From the NCBI GenBank assembly GCA_964016885.1, contig OZ024759.1, forward strand, positions 26,040,001 through 26,104,000: DNA of 64,000 bases, in the 5' to 3' direction. This DNA is from Eledone cirrhosa (lineage: Eukaryota). The notes under the pieces are model-generated. The model saw nothing but the letters and a program-made list of their open reading frames with translations, was not told the DNA's origin and made no database searches. Of the stretch, positions 60,744 to 64,000 are shown in pieces. Numbering within the stretch: the first letter of the stretch is position 1; the number at the start of each line of letters is the position of its first letter. The translations under genes and the position numbers were made by a program.

Positions 60744-63700
60744 TTATAACAGCTACAACTAAGACAAATACCACTACCAACACGAACACCACTACCACCA
60801 CCACTAATATCACCGCCACCACTACTACTACCACCGCCACCACTACTACTACCACCGCCACTACTACTACCACCACCACTACAACCACTACCACCACTAC
60901 TAACACCACCACTACTACTACAACCACCACTACAAAAACCACTATTGCCACCACCACCACCACTGCTACTACCACCACTACTACTACCAACACCACTACT
61001 GCTAGCACTACTAGCACCACCACTACTACTACTACCACCACTACTACCACCACCACCACTACCACCACCTCCACTACTACCACCACTACTACCTCTAATA
61101 CTACCACCACTACTACCACCACCACTACTACTACCACCACCACTACTCCTACCATCACCACTCCTGCCATCACCACTCCTCCTACCACCACCACTACTAC
61201 CACCACTACTACCAGCACCACCACAGATTCTACTACCACCATCACTACTACTACCACCACCACTACTACTACCACCATCACTACTACTACCACCGCCACT
61301 ACCACCACCACTACCACTACCACCACTACTAGCACAAGCACCACCACAGATTCTATTACCACTACTACTACCACCATCACCACTACTACCACCGCCACAA
61401 CCATCACCACTTCCACTACCACCACTACCACCACTACCACCACCACCACCACCACCACCACTACTATCACCAGCACCACCACAGATTCTACCACCATCAA
61501 TACTACTACCACCGCCACTACCACAACCACTACCAACAACAGTACCACTACCACCACCACCACCACCACCACTACCACCCCCACCACTAACACCACCACA
61601 ACAACGATCACTACTACCTCTACTATCACCAGCACCACCATAGATTCTACCACCACTACTACTACCACCATCACTACTACTACCACCGCCACTACCACCA
61701 CCACCCACCACCACCACCACTACTACCAAAACTACTACCACCACCACAACTACCACCACTACTATCACCAGCACCACCACCAGACATTCTACCACCATTA
61801 CTACTACCACCATCACTATTACTAGCACAACTACTACCACTGCCACTACCACCACCACTACTACCACCACCACTACTACCACTTCCACCACTACTACCAA
61901 AACTACTACCACCACCTCAACTACCACCACTACTATCACCAGCACCACCACAGAATTTACCACGACTACTACTACCACCATCACTACTACTACCACCACA
62001 ACTACCACCGCCACTACCACTACCACTACTACCAACACCACAACTACCACCACTAATACCACCACCACAACTACAACCACTTCTATCACCAGCACCACCA
62101 CAGATTCTACCACCACCACCACCACAACTACCACCATCACCACCACTACCACCACTACTACCACCACCACTACCACCACCACTACTACCACCACGACTTC
62201 CACCACCACTAGTACCACCACCACCACCACCACAACTACCAACACTACTACCACCACCACAACTACCACCACTTCTATCACCAGCACTACCACAGATTCT
62301 ACCAACACCACCACCAAAATCCCCACCCCCACCACAACTACCACCACTACTACCACCACCCCTACCACCACCACTACTACCACCACCACCACAACTACCA
62401 CCACCACTATCACCACCACAACTACCACCACTACTACCACCACCACAACCACCACCACTACTATCACCAGCACCACCACACATTCTACCAACACCAACAA
62501 CACCACTAACATACACCAAAGATTTTTCGGCCAGTCAACAGTAACAGTAATAAGATATATAATTAACATAGCAAATTAATATTGATAGGGACCATAACGA
62601 GAGTGACCTCCCCCGATTTCATTAATTAAATTTTACATTGTTTTATTTCATTGACAAAACTTTATACGTAATTACCTGTTACGTCACATATGTCGTTGAC
62701 ACATTAATACTACTACTACTACTGCTAGTACTATTACTGCAGCTACTATTACTGCAGCTACTACAACTGCGGCTACTACGAATACTACTAATACTACTAC
62801 TGCTGCTACTACTGCTACTACTACTGCTGCTACTACTACTACAACTACTAATCCTGATACTACTTCTACTACTATTACTACTGCAACTACTACTACTATT
62901 ACTACTAATACTACTGCTGTTGCAACTGCTTCAAATAGCACCACTACTACTATTATTACAGATGCTACTACCCCCACCACCACCGCCACCATCAACACTA
63001 CTACTACTACTACTACTACTATTATTACAACAGCTACAACTAAGACAAATACCACTACCAACACCAACACCACTACCACCACCACTACTATCACCGCCAC
63101 CACTACTATCACCGCTACTACTACCACGGCCACTACTACTACCACCGCCACTACTACTACTACCACCGCCACTACTACTACTACCACCGCCACTACTACA
63201 ACTACCACCACTACTGCCACCACCAACACTACTACCACCACCACTACTACTACCACCACCACTACTACTACCACCACCACCACTACAAAAACCACTATTG
63301 CCACCATCCACTACTACTAGCACCACCACTACTACTACTACCACCACCACTACTACCACCACCACTACTACGAGCATCACCAGCACTACTAGCACCACAA
63401 CCATCACCACTAATACCACCACCACTATTAGTACCACAACTACTACCACCGCCACTACCACCACCACTACTACCACCACCACTACTACCACTTCCACCAC
63501 TACTACCAAAACTACTACTACCACCACTACTATCACCAGCACCACCACAGATTTTACCACGACTACTACTACCACCATCACTACTACTACCACCGCCACC
63601 ACCACCACCACCACTACTACCACCACCACCACCACCACAACTACCACCACTAATACCACCACCACAACTACCACCGCTTCTATAACCAGCACCACCACAG

Positions 63701-64000
63701 ATTCTACCACCACTACTACTACCACCATCACTACTACTACCACTACTACTACCACCACCACTACCACCACCACCACTACCACCACCACTACTACCATCAC
63801 CACAACTACCACCACTACTACCACCACCACAACTACCACCACTACCACCACCACTACTACCACCACCACTACCACCAATACTATCACCACCACTACCACC
63901 ACCCCCACTACTACCACCACCACAACTACCACCACTACTACCACCACCACTACTATCACCAGCACCACCACAGATTCTACCACGACTACTACTACCACCA
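50730..64000. repeat. ~2.3-kb macrosatellite: conserved ~190-bp AT-rich core plus (ACT/ACC)n variable body; at least 6 units, runs off the window
   Basis: Cores at ~51271-51463, 53737-53930, 55553-55742, 57942-58137, 60212-60405, 62517-62710. Confidence 0.95.

Noticed and set aside
51271-62710. CRISPR-like repeat/spacer layout
   Set aside because: Repeats are ~190 bp, spacers are ~2 kb and mutually homologous, there are no cas genes, and the context is eukaryotic

Overview
Eukaryotic, extremely microsatellite-rich, essentially non-coding DNA. The SINE family and repeat landscape suggest an octopus/coleoid cephalopod (inference). Almost all ORFs in the track are translated simple repeats. Supported features: about 10 copies of a tRNA-derived Nin-domain SINE; a decayed RTE LINE 3' end; an RTE-derived short element; a Tx1/L1-like 3' end with a 17-bp TSD in a (TATC)n tract; hAT- and Tc1-like MITE relics; a likely first coding exon on the minus strand near 25.8 kb; and a ~2.3-kb macrosatellite (50.7-64 kb) with a conserved ~190-bp AT-rich core. 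The most notable hidden signal is at least four short interspersed families carrying type I hammerhead ribozyme (HHR) motifs: one near-intact monomeric, one minimal dimer-type, and others half or decayed. They often occur as palindromes folding back at the ribozyme and share a downstream motif, consistent with Penelope-like pLTR or retrozyme-type non-autonomous elements.
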